From NCBI GenBank assembly GCA_020536535.1, contig JAHLWZ010000406.1, positions 1 to 64,000 on the forward strand: a DNA stretch of 64,000 nt, written 5' to 3'. A program made the position numbers and the translations under genes. This document shows, in pieces, positions 37,201 through 50,150 of the stretch (its first letter is position 1; each line of letters begins with the position of its first letter). This DNA comes from Pelomyxa schiedti (Eukaryota; Protista; Evosea). The notes beneath the pieces are model-generated. The model saw nothing but the letters and a program-made list of their open reading frames with translations, searched no databases and had not been told where the DNA came from.

Positions 37201-40200
37201 GGTACACGTTACGGAAGGATGCTATTTGGCATTTATGTCATAGCTGTCAAGTAAATCAAGGTTTTGCTTTCTTGATCTATCTTACAACTAATTTTTTTTC
37301 CCATAGAAAAATTTGATGTAGCTCTTGGGGAAGTTGTATCTGTGTTTGCTGAAGACTCAGCGTTAGATGTCTTGTCCTTTGACACACCTCCTGCTGCACC
37401 TTCACTTGCAGAGCTCCCCAAAACCACTGATGTGGTCACTCATTTGATTGATGAGATCCAGACTCCTTTAGAACAGGGTCTATGTGGAAATGTGTGCATC
37501 TAACAACAATTTCCTACTCTCACAATTTCAGACTTTTTGGGAAACAAGCTGGAAGAAACGATTTGAGGTTATACGTAAGTTTCACCTAGCTTTTAAAAAA
37601 TTCTCACTCCTTTTTTAGGAGAAATCTCCCGAAAGGATTCTTTTTCCATTGCATTTGTTGGTTCAACTGGCTCAGGTGCCACAATTACTGTAACAGTAAA
37701 GTCAATGACTTGTATTAGGTAAATCCAAGTTGATCAATGCTATTCTTGGTTGTCCTGTGTTACCGGTGGGTGGAGAAGGAACGGCTGTAACTTCCGCTGC
37801 GGTGGAGATTTCACATTCACCAGATGTAAGAGTTGTCTTGCTATTTATCTCATATATCTTAGGGCAAATTTTGTGCAGAGATCCTTTTCCAATCACCTCT
37901 TTCTTTTTTGAGGGACATTACCGATACTAGACATCTTGAATCGCAAAACGTTGACTTCTCCATGTTCTACACCATACATACCTCGATTGCAACCCTACAG
38001 GGTGTTCTGAAAGATAGATTCTACGGTAAATATATTACTAATAATCCTCATAACAAGCATCAAAGATGAATTCTTTCAGTATGAGAGTCTTACATATCAT
38101 GCTGATTCGTCAGAACACCTGCGAAAGCTACTTATAAAACTTTTGACTCCTCATACTGGTGTAAACCATACAATCTGGCCAATTGTGAAATGTGCTAAAG
38201 TTATCATATCTCTTTTTATTTTACTTTTTTAACGCATTTGCCTACTCAAGATTCATGGACCATTTGAAGATTTACAGACAGGATGCACCTTGGTTGATTT
38301 GCCAGGGGGTAATGATACCTGCTCAGCCCGCAGTAGCATACTTGACAGTTATATGACCAAAGCTGATCAAATCTGGTACCTCCTTCTCAGGTGCATCCCT
38401 GTGTAAAAGTGGCACCAAGGTTTGTTACGACAGCAAAAAGAGCAGCCTCCTGCAAAACTCTACAAACACTGATCCTTGAATCACTTGGGGAACGAATGAA
38501 AGCTCATGTCCAAGTAGGTGGAAGGCTTGACGAGTATGAGCAAGTGGAAATGATACTTCAAAACATTATTTTTTCCTCAGAAAACTGACGGTCATTGTGA
38601 CGAAACTTGATGATTTTGCACTTTATGAGACATGTGAGATACTTGGTCTCCCCAAGACTACTAAAAGACATGATGTTGCATTAGCACACAAGCAGTTATT
38701 ACCTGCTTAACATTTGCATTTGAACTTACACCTTCAGGAAAATTGAAGAATCTGTTCTAGCAGCTATTTGCAATGTGAGTGCCCGACTTGGAAAAATAGT
38801 CCAGGCGGCACCACAGGTAGTTGCCGTATCCGCACAGGCCTACCTAGACCATGTGACTGGACAATCGACAGGTCTGAAAAGAACGACCTCTGCTTCAATC
38901 TAACCCAAATGTAGATTCCCGACTTACATTCAAGGATTTGTCAGAGACGGGAATACCATCACTCAAACAAAACATTCGAACATTTTGTCAGTCAGATTTC
39001 TCCAGGCTAACAGCAACTTGTGGACGCCTGAAAGAACTACTCTCAGCAATGTCTGGAGATTTAGAGACTGCTGAACAAAATATGGAAATCAAGGTACTAA
39101 GAAACTGCCACCACCTTATACTGACCAAGCTAGCTTACAGAGGCTGTAACAACAGAAATAGGACTGCTCCGTGATAATTTGGTATCTGGGATTGTCTGGT
39201 TCATTTCTTTAATACTCTCATAGAAACAATACACGATCCGAGAGAATGAAACTTTTGGATTTGACAACCAGAAATTACTTTACAAAAATAAAAAGTGTGA
39301 CTTTACCAATAAGTAAAAACCTCACAACGATGTCAAGATCCCAATTGGAAGCCAATTTCACTGGGCCGAGATTATATGCCTCTACATGCAAAGCAATCGT
39401 TGCTCGTGACGGCGTATTTCGCGAACATAATTGGAACTTGTGCATCTCTTCCCATTTTCATGCGTGTGCATGTGTTGTGTGTTTTTACTTGTGCCTGCGT
39501 TCTCTGCCTGTCCAGGCATGTATCTTACACCAGATAGAGCTATAGATTGGTCCAAATTCTTCGAAAATGTTGAAATGGGTCTGCACACAATCCAAGAAAA
39601 GATGCTTGAGGTATTGAAAAACTATACAATTCGCATGACAAATTTGCTGGACTCCTTTAAGGTGTGAGGTTTTTTGAACAACTACTTGCCCACATTTGAG
39701 ACAGAGCAAGGTCAAATTTGATTCTAAACCGGTTGAAGCAGTTCTTCACAACAGCTTTTCTGAAATTAACAAATTTGTGAAACATAAACAACGGTTTGGT
39801 TAGTACTTTTTAAAACCCTGTCTAACAGCATGCAGATTTATGCTGCCAGACACAGAGGTAACAGTGAAGCAAGCCCTTGCACATGATTATGCCCACGCCA
39901 AAGGAATTACCGGTACTGGTATGGTGAAGGCTATTGTTGGGCATATGGCAACAGCTGCTACTGCTGATGTTCCAGTCGTTAGTACTTTATGTAGTATGGT
40001 CGACCCCCCTGGTCTTGTCAGTAGCCTGAGGCAGTTTATTGAAAATCTTATTGATGTACTGTGATAATCTTTTTGCTACATTTGACCAGTAAAAACCCAG
40101 GATATGATGGGCCTGGTTCATACTCAGTTTTGCTCTCTGTTCCAGGATGCAGAATCCAAAAGAAAGAATGTACCAACATTAAAGAACCTTATTGAGGCAC

Positions 40201-40568
40201 AGAGGAAGAACCTTGACGATACATTCAAGAAGCTGGAACCCCTTTGCCAGGTCTTCAATACAGTTATTTGCTTTTCCATTACTCACCCCTTTCCCTAGTT
40301 CATCAATGAAGTGGACCAGAAACCCTGCATTCCAGTGTGTCTGGACGTTTCCAAAACACCAGTGTCTGTATGGACCACAGAACAAGTCTCGGCTTATCTC
40401 CTGCAACGCAACATCTCACAGATGGCCTGTATCATTCTCTCGGAACAAGGCATTGACGGCGGTGTGCTTCTCACCCTTACCGATGAGGAACTTGCTGAGA
40501 TTGGTGTTCGGCTTGGTGACCGCAAGAAACTGGCAAGAATCATTGGGGAACTCAAGAAATCTGCTTAA
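34269..40568 (+). CDS. Low-complexity N-terminus + dynamin-superfamily (SLIP-GC/NUGGC-like) GTPase + C-terminal SAM domain; may be two genes split near 37040-37300
   Basis: IAFVGSTGSGKSKLINAILG..VLPVGGEGTAVTS, TLVDLPGGND, VIVTKLDD. C-terminal SAM: WTTEQVSAYL..QGIDGGVLLTLTDEELAEIGVRLGDRKKL. Q/S/T/P-rich region 34269-35700. Confidence 0.7.
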
Positions 40569-40774
40569 CACACTTCACAAAATTGCTTGTGTGCCACTAG
40601 CACAAGCAAACAATTTCCATTGGGGAACCACACTCTGTCCACCCACAACTAATGCAACAACTATCTAAGAAGATACAGTATGTTTGGCTTACAGAATAGC
40701 TTTTTTTTCCAAATGGGTGAATAAAACAAACAAAAAAAAAGGGTGAAACTTTGTGCCATCGAGGGTTTGTTTAT

Positions 40775-43700
40775 TCACCAGGGGGTTACTGTGCATCCAG
40801 CCAAATTCCAACGGTAGAATGGAACTTTATTTGGTTCTAGAGCCCACTGCATAGTTTCGGGGTTCATTGTGTACATAGCGTCACCTTCCCCAAACAATAC
40901 CACCTTATTTCCGATTGTGAGGTTTTGTTGAATTTGAGAGGAAATGTGAAGAACCTTGTTCAGCTTGTCCAGGTACGTGACGACGCGGCCAGTAGAAATC
41001 CCGTGGTTCTCAAAAAACGGGACATATTCCCAGGAGTTGCTGTTCAAGTCCAGTATTTCCACCGGCGAATCGTCTGGAGAATTACCTCCTCCACACATAA
41101 TGACTTTGCCCTCTGCGCAAATTCCCCTCTCTCTCAACAGTCTATTCCGTAGAACCGGATCCGGCGAGAACATAATAGTGTATGATGTGTGGCCATATCT
41201 AGACTTAGGAAGCGAGGGCAGGTCTCTCCACACACCCTCGCCGACGAGGAACATTGAACAGCTGAGATGGTAGATATTCCTGCCTGATTGCCCGCCGGCT
41301 ATCACTATGGCGTGGTCCTTGACCTCAGTGCCGTGCTTCCATAGAGTAACGGGAACGATGGTGGCAGAATGACCGGCCAGTGGTTCCGGCATAGGAGGAA
41401 GCGGTTCCCAACGCATTTTGACAGTGTCAAATACCTCGGCGGAATCGAGGTACCCACTCCCACAGGAAGTAGTGCCCCCGAAGACAAATACTGAGTTTGG
41501 CGTGGCACATGACGCGTGCGCGCACCTCGGCGTGCTCATCGGGGGTAGTTCATACCACGCCAATTCATGTAGGGAGCTTTGCTCACAAGCGGCGAGAGTG
41601 GCCGATGTTATTGGCAAAGCATATGCACAATCTATGGCAGAAGCTCCGGTAAAGCCCCCAGTCACAAACACGGTTGAGCAGCCAAGAGCGCAACATGCAC
41701 AATGACCGCGGACTCGATATTGTAAGTTGGGAAGGGAAACCCAAGTTCCCTGCTGAGGGTTGTAGAGTTGTACAGTTCGGCCGCACATATTAGTGGCGCG
41801 CGTCAGCCCACCGGAAGCAAGGATATCTTTAAAACAACTAAGTTTGCATCTAGATACAATGGAGTTGAAAACAATTAGACGGTTGGATGAAGCTGAATAT
41901 GTAACGTAAGATGTCCACAGGTAATTGGGATATGGTTAGCGCTTCAAATAGTTATACCAAAGAAAGTAAGTGCAAATAATACTATGCATTGGATATGCTG
42001 CTACTTTTGGGAGTCCATAGGTTACACCAACAAGGAAAGTCAAAAGTGCACGTTTCCATTTTTCATCTGTTGTAGAATGATCCGTCACTAGGGTTGAACG
42101 GTTTGGACCTGTGAGGAATAAGTGTTTACTTTAACAATATAAGTAAATTACCAAGTGATTGAAAGAAGGGGGATAAGAGATGTGGGAGACTTGACAGGGA
42201 TAATTTTATGTCATAGAGAATGTCAGGGTCATCAGCACCAGGATCAAAAAAGTTGATCACTGTTCCTTCTAAAAAAATATGGCCTGCGTAACCAGCATTC
42301 TCTGCGTAACAGCTCATATCTTGTTATGTTAAAAAAAGGACTATTGCTGAGACTTACTTTCTGGAAGATCATAATTAATAACACAAGGAGTTGTCGTCAT
42401 GGTATCTTCATTTGAAACCAGAACATAGAATCCCTTGACAGTGCGCTGCCTAACTGGCAGCGTGGCATTCATACGTCTATTCCTGCAGAATTTCTGGATA
42501 TTATAGTGAAAAGCACTGCTCCAGTCAACTGTTTCAAGGAAGTGGGCCACTTGATCCGCCCCCTCTATACTGCTAGTATATACCAATGCCGGTATGTTTT
42601 TACCTGAAAATGAGATGCTTTTTACATGGTGTATCAGGTACCATTTTGAAGGATTTGACTCAGTTTCGATTCTTTGGAGTTTCCCCCTGTAAAGATGATG
42701 TCATGATGCGCTTGTTTTATACGCCCAAATATGTCCAGTGATATAAGAAGAGCTTTTTGAGGTAGCACCTCTTGAATGATAGCCTCCACTTGCCTGGTAC
42801 AAGGAGGTTTGCAAGAAAGTATCTTTCTTGCGTGGTTTTGGGTCAAAATTTTGCATGTATTTTCTACGTCTTGATCGGAAAACCTGGGAGCATTAGCAAT
42901 CACGTAGAGAGATAAGTGGAAAGACCTATCGATATCGTGTACTATTATGTAGCGTAACTGTTTAAGGGAGACATTTCCTCTCTCAAAAATATTCAGAACT
43001 ACGTCTGCACACGAGACAATAACCACAGGGTAACCATGCCCAATTGCTGAGATCAAACTCTTCTTATGTTCCCATAGAACTTGGCCAGCAAGTTCGATTA
43101 CAGTAATAGGGAGGTCAAGAAAACCAGAAAAATCCCGCAAGTGCAAAGCCACTCCTGGCACCATTGCCTCTGATTCAACCAATATCAGAGCCTGAATTGA
43201 TGGACGTGAACGTAACATGGATAGCTTCACAAGCAAAAACAAATCCTATTGGTTTCCGAGGTTATTAGGGGTACTGGCAACACACGATACATACATATAC
43301 GTTTGAAGAAATAACAAAAGAAGAAGCTAACAAGATATCATTTTCATATAGAAGTAACGCCGGCAGAATAGCCTGCTGCATGACCGATAGCTCAGTCCCA
43401 TAACGCATGACGATCCTCTTTACAACCGAGGGAGGCAACCCCAAATGATCCCAGGAGCGAGCAGGCAATGGCAGGTCATCATCAAGCTGATGTTGATCCC
43501 ACCAGACAGTCCCAGGAACTGAAAGTGCGCCCGAATACCATTGCATCCTGTCAGACAAGTCATTGACCTCGCGAGGCTGCAGCCAATTTTCGACTCCTTT
43601 TGGTGGAAGGTGGGTGATGGTGATTCTTCTTTGGTCCATGTAAATCAGCCAGTCTCTTTTGGTCATAGTCTCGGGAACGGAGTATATCTGGTCTAATTCT

Positions 43701-43837
43701 GGCAGGTCGACATTTTTATTCGTACTCAACTCGCTGCGTGTCGCGGTCTCTTCCCCCAATATTACCTCAACCGGGGGCCACATCCCAAGTTCAGCCACAG
43801 ACGGCGACGCCGGGGCGGAGTTGGGCTCGTCACCCAT
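40775..43837 (-). CDS. Degenerate DEAD-box helicase-like domain fused to an F-box-like motif and a Kelch beta-propeller
   Basis: Q-motif-like [29 protein letters not shown] replaced by [27 protein letters not shown]. Kelch repeats (VFVTGG, VFVFGG..SAEVFD..WEPLPPM, IVIAGG). Junctions are spliceable in frame. Confidence 0.6.
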
Positions 43838-43941
43838 GTCGACCGTGGTGTGGCTTGAACAAAATAATCAACGGACCGGAACGCTGTCATTTCGAATCCG
43901 GCATGGTAGCTTCGGTGAAACCTCAATTTATTTTTTTGGGA

Positions 43942-45535
43942 ATGAGCGACGAAGAGGTAACGGCTCCCATAACGGCCGAAGGCAGCGACTCCCCTGCTGC
44001 AGCGACATCGACAGCGACCACATCAACGACTACCAGTACCACAACGACTGCTGCACCCACAATTGATTCCAGCGGGGGAGGCAGCGCCGCATCCGACGGC
44101 GGTGGGGCCGCAGACAGCGACAAAAAGAGCAAGGACTCCACCGAAGAGATTGAAGAGGACGAGGCCGCCGTGAACAAAAAGGCCAAGGCGCTAGCCAACG
44201 CCATCATGGACGCCAAGCACTTGGTGGTGTTCACCGGCGCCGGGATATCAACCAGCGCGGCGATACCTGACTTCAGGGGTCCAAAGGGTGTCTGGACCCT
44301 CAGGGTGTGTTGATGAAACTTAGTCTTTGTTCTAATTTTGGTTTTGGTTTGGTTTTTTTTTTATTTTTTTGGTTTTTGCTTTTGGTTGTGGGCGTTAATA
44401 TGTTGTTGTTGTTGGTGGTGGGGTTTTCCTTTTTTTTAGGATAAAGGGGAAGCAATGCCGGATTGTGTCTCCATGGAGGAAGTAACCCCAACTTTAACCC
44501 ACATGGCAATTGTTGCTTTGAGGAATGCTGGGATTATGAAATACCTTGTATCCCAAAATGTAGATGGATTGCATAGGAGGTATAGTATACTCTTTGTTTA
44601 TAAACTTAATTCAATTTCATATGAAACTTATACATCTACAAAGGAGTGGAATCCTCGAAACGGAGATGTCCGAGCTTCATGGTAATTGTTTCCTGGAACA
44701 GTGTAGCAAGTGCCATACACAGTATCTTCGGGACTTCGATGTTTGCTCGAATGGGGGGACAGAATATACCCCTCCTCAGAGGGCTTCATTCAAAAGTATC
44801 AAGCACATGACTGGAAGAAGATGTGATGATGTCAGCTGCTGTGCCCCGCTAACAGACTCCATAATCAATTTTGGTGAGAGTTTGCCTGAGGATTCGTTGA
44901 ACAGGGCATACCATCACTCAGAACAAGCAGTATGATTGGTTTGTCATTACAAAGAATGTTAACGAACTCTAGGATTTATATTTGTGCCTGGGTAGCTCTC
45001 TTCGTGTGCGTCCAGCATGTAAACTACCTCTTATTTCAAGGAAAGCGGGCCATGAATGCAGATTAGTTATTGTAAACTTACAAAGAACACCCCTGGATGA
45101 CAAATGTGACATACGAATCTTTGCAAAAATCGATGTCATTATGTCTAAAGTAATGCAACGTCTAAGGTTCCTACAACCATCAAGCGGTCCTGACCTGTTG
45201 ATCTAAAACTTCGAAGGATAGATATTCCATTGCCTAGGCCAGCCCGCACCAAAGAGGAAGCCAAAGCTGAATATAAAAAATGGGTGCAAGATAGAGACAA
45301 AGCCTTACCTCAGCTAAAACTTAAGGATAAGGAGGAGCTTGCCATCGATGCACCTCCAGCTGAAGCACCCACAAGTAAGCTTCCAACAAGAAACTTTTCC
45401 GACCTAAAAACCCCACCACAGAGCCATCTGGAGGTTGCTATGTATCATAACACTTTGGCTTGCTCTGGAGATGGTAACTTTCAGAAGAGGAAATTAAAAA
45501 GTCTTGTTTTGTTGAGAAAAAGCCATGTCTTCTAA
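43942..45535 (+). CDS. NAD-dependent deacylase, class IV sirtuin (SIRT6/SIRT7-like); 3' end uncertain
   Basis: [84 protein letters not shown]. Confidence 0.92.
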
Positions 45536-46602
45536 AAACCAAGAATAGACTTTGACTAGCCAAATCCTTCATCTTCTCGAGCTTCGCAGTTTGTTGTGCA
45601 GCTGTACCTAGCTTCGCGGGAATCGGTTTGGCGGGTCAACTCCCCCTTCAACTTGTAAATATCCAAATTTTGTTGTGCAACTGTACCGTCAAAGTCGTGT
45701 ATGCGAGTACTTTGGCTTGCAGATATTTCTTTCAGCTGATATAATTCCTGTGCGCTGGATTTGAGTTGAGAACGGCCCAAGTTCTTTCATGGCGTTTGTG
45801 AAGGCTATGCACAGAGTGCTCATGGAAGAGCACCGCCTTTCGCTTTCTCAACAACTAATTGATGTTGGCAATCAGGCCAATAAGGCCGACATGGAAAAGG
45901 ATTTCGACTGCTCTATTGTGCTCAATTGAACATGCAGCAGTTCGGTGATATTTCTCATTCGACATACTAGATGACGTGGAAGTGAATTGGAGAACTGGGT
46001 CCTTGCTCTCCGATGTTCCCGTGTGGATTTATATCTGCTGACTCCGTTGGAGTTGGAACACGGGACAGGTGGGTATATTCTATCATAATCTGATACAAGT
46101 CGGAATTGCTGCAGCCTGCCAGAGACTCGAGGAAAAAGGAACGGAAATAGCCCCCAAGTAGTAGTGCTCGTCGCCGACCCATCAGCGCCGTCACGTTCCC
46201 CTCGTGCGGGTCAACGACGCGCTTAACTCCCACACTACCTACACCACCTCCTGGTGTCTGCACTTTCCTCATGTTCTTCATCCGCAACTTGCCCGCTCCC
46301 CAGAACGTAATCGTACACTACAACAACTACAACGAACATTACTACGGGCGCGCTTCATTGCCAGCAACAAGACTGTGCACCACTCTGGGAGAAAACTTTC
46401 GGCGCCAAAATTTTTACGGTTTTTAAGGGAAAATCTGTTTTAAAAAATTAAAATTAAAAAAAAAGGTGAAGGGGAGGCGGGAAGAACGACCGGCAAACAT
46501 ACAGAGGCGGCATGCATACAGCACAATAATGAGTGGGGCAGTTGGGAGTATCAGTGGGTGCATAGTGCATAAGTAGTGGTGCTGTAAGGCACATTTGCCG
46601 TT

Positions 46603-46703
46603 GCATTTGGAGCAGCAAGGAGCATTTGGAGCAGCAAAGAGTGGGCATTTGAGAGCGCGGGTGGTGTGCATTTGGGAGCATTTGGAGCGGTGCATTTGGA
46701 GCT
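46603..46703. repeat. Degenerate short repeat cluster, core GCATTTGGAGC (~6 copies)
   Basis: gcatttggagcagc / gcatttgagagc / gcatttgggagc recur with variable spacers. Confidence 0.6.
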
Positions 46704-47153
46704 GGGAGTTTGGGGTGGGGTGCAGGCAGCATCAGTCATTTGGTGGGGATAGCAAGCACAGCAAGCAAGCAGCATGGGCATAGTACAACAGAGCTCTATT
46801 ATTACAATTGCAAACGCCTTCTTTCTGATAGATAATACAGGCGGGGGTTCAATTACGTAGTTGGGACACTCACAAACCGGCGTGTGTTTTTCTCAATGTG
46901 ATTTTTGGTTGGAGGGGTTGGTGTTTTGGTGCCGGTTCGTACCCTGAAACGGCATCTACTACGCCTGCAGCGACAGTGAGCACTTCCTTTAAAATCAATT
47001 TGTTCTGACTATCAGCTATGAGGAGAGATCTTTGAACTCGTAGTTCTGGTGCGGCAGTGTACAGGAGAGTGCAGTTTTCTTACATTAGGGAATCGGAACC
47101 GGAACACCATTCTGCCTAACTCTCTCCCATCTGCTAAGGGGATCTTGGAAACA

Positions 47154-49993
47154 ATGAACGACGGCGACAGCGGAAGCGGGAGGCCGACGGGTGCCGTCGG
47201 CGCACAGCAGGCAGCCCCAACGAGCACCGCGTCGTCGTCGTCCTCGGGAGTTGGCGGCGTGGCCCTGCCTTGCGCCCCGGCCGCGCCGCCTCCCACAATG
47301 GTGTCCGGCGGCGCCCTCCCAACCATGAGCACATCCTCATCCTCCTCCTCCTCCTCTTCCGTGACTTCGCTGCCCCCTCCGTCCACCCAAACCACAACCA
47401 TGATGATGATGCCCTCAGTCATCCCGATGCAGCAACAGCAACAGCAGCCGCAGATGCAGATGCAACAACAACAGCAACAGCAACAGCAACAGCAGAGCGC
47501 CGTCGGTGGAGCGCAACAAGAGGCTGTGGAGGACTACGTGCTGGCGTATTTGACGCAAAAGGGGTACAAGCGGGCCGAGCACGCCATGAGGCAGGAGATA
47601 CAACTCATGACCGTCGAGAAGGCAGCAGCCGCCATGTCCGTCGACGAGTATGTGTACTGTTGGTTGCTTTAGCTTTTCGGCCTCTTTTTTTCTTTCCTCC
47701 TTTACCATCTTGGAATAACTGTTTGTTGGGGTTTTTTTTTGTTTTGTTTTGTTTTGTTTTGCTTTTGTGGTTTGTTTTTTTTTCTTCTCTGGTACAGTGA
47801 TGCAAGTAAGGCAAAGCTTATATCGGCAATAAATGACATCACGGACTCAAATCCACACAAATTGATGGAGAACTTCAACTCACTCAAAGATTGGGCAACC
47901 ACAAGCCTTGATTTGTACAAAGTTCCGGATCATCTTTTTATTATTATTCCTATTGCATTGCATTACTTTTCTTTACGTTCACTATAGGCAGAATTGGAAC
48001 TGATTTTGTTTCCCCTCTTTGTGCATTGCTTTCTTGATCTCGTTATGAAGGGGTGCTCTGATGAAGGTTTGTGTGGTATTATCATGCCTTTATTTCACTC
48101 TTACTTCGTTAGCTCGTGCTTTTATGGACCAAAATCGCGATTTTGAGAACTTGAACAGTTCCGATATACATAAACTCCAATCCATTTCCACTCCTCAGCA
48201 GCTCCTCGAAAATGAAACAGCACGCTTGTTCCGTGAGAATAGATACATTGTAAAGATGACTAGTTTGTCTTTCGAACTTCTTGTCAATTTCTTGCACACC
48301 CACAAGTTGATGCAACTTGTGGCAATGATAAGTCAGCATATCACCATAAAAAGTGCTTCTCCTTATTCCCTGCCTTTCCCTCATCTCAATTTCTTTCAAA
48401 GTTACCTCTGGTAAACCATCCTCTACACCTCATGAAGACTATCAACCAATGACTGGCCCTGACATACCTGATAAGATTAATAGTAAGCATCGAATATGCT
48501 GGGGATCCACCTACAGTCAAACAGACGAATTGACAGTTTGTTCCAACTCCTGTTACCACTGAGCCACCTTTCAATAGAAATCTAAAAAAATTCCTGGTGT
48601 TGAGGATACTCCCCTTCCAAAGCCCGTATCACCGCCAAAACTGTGTGTAGTACATTTTTATTTAATGCAATTCTTTATGTTCTCCCTCAAATGTTAGCAC
48701 AGTCACTGCTGAAAAGCTTCTCAGTGACGACGAGGCAAGAAAAATAGCACTGAGTTCCACAGCTCTTCCTTCAATTTGCTTTTTTTCGTTCCTTTATACA
48801 CACTCTGGGTATACAGTCCTTTATTTTGTTGAATGTTTATTTTTTGTGCAGGTTGAATCACGTTGGTTTCAGTAGTGAAGCTAACTTGGCTGTTGGTAGC
48901 TTCTCGGACTCCTCTATCCGGATTTGGGATTTCAAATCACCAAGTGCTGCCTCTGCCATTGCATCGAATGCTACCGAGTCACTTTACGGGCACTACGGCC
49001 CAGTGTATGCGACAAGCTTTACACCCGATAATAAATGGCTACTTTCGTGCTCCGAGGATAACACAGGTACTTTCCAACTCAGAATCCAGTTAACCTTGCA
49101 TCTTAGTTCGATTGTGGAGTTTGGCTACACACACAAATGTGGTGTGCTATAAAGGTCATCAGGCCCCGGTGTGGGATGTGCAATTTAGTCCACTTGGTTT
49201 CTACTTCGCAACAGCGTCACATGATAGGACGGCACGGTTATGGACAACAAACCAATATGCGCCAATCAGAATTTTTGTTGGTCACTTGAGTGATGTAAAT
49301 GTATGATCCCGTTAATCCAATTGAATGCTGAGAAACTTTAAGATTGTCAGATTCCACCCAAACGTGAACTATGTACTCACCGGTTCCAGTGATAAGACCA
49401 TCAGAATGTGGGAAGTCAGCACAGGAACCTGTGTTCGCATTATGGCAGCACACACGCACTCTGTTGGTGCCCTGGCAGTTTCACCCGAGGGAAGGATTAT
49501 AGCATCCGCTGGTGTGGACCCAGATTATGCCAATTTGAAGTAACCAGACATACATACATACAACAACTAGCTGACGACGGAGACATTATCCTGTGGGACT
49601 TAGGAACAAGCCAGAGGATAAAAACACTGCACAGCGGATCAAACACCCCAGTATATTCACTCGACTTCAGCGCGGAGGGGACACTACTTGCCAGCGGGGG
49701 AGCTGACGGCGCCGTGCGATTATGGGATGTGAACAAGGCATTGACTGCAGCTTCTGCCGACGTACCAATGCACTACGCATCGTCGACGACTTCGGCAACA
49801 GGCACACAATCACGAACGTGCGTTTCCCCCCTTCAGCTCCCTTACAGGTCCCATAACTCAATTGGCAATTCCCCTCACTAGGTCACCTGAGCTACTGGAG
49901 ACATTTTATACCAAGAAAACACCTGTTTTCCAGGTGAATTTCACCAGACGAAATCTTCTCCTTGCTGCTGGGCCGTTCCTCCCAAAAAGATAA
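47154..49993 (+). CDS. TAF5: TFIID subunit 5 (LisH + NTD2 + WD40) with N-terminal polyQ
   Basis: [14 protein letters not shown] (LisH), [21 protein letters not shown] (NTD2), [63 protein letters not shown]. Confidence 0.93.
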
Positions 49994-50150
49994 AAAACAA
50001 AACACAAACCACGGTTCCCTTTGTTGTTCTCTCGCTTTTTTTCTCCAACACAGGCCAGATTACAACCCCGGATCAATGTCGCTTTGTACCTTGAGATCTG
50101 AAGAACTCACTGTTGTTCATCGTAACCAAAAAAAAAAAGGCCGATTAAAC

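Noticed and set aside
46603-46703. CRISPR-like array
   Set aside because: Repeats are ~11 bp and degenerate with irregular short spacers, the context is eukaryotic, and there are no cas genes.
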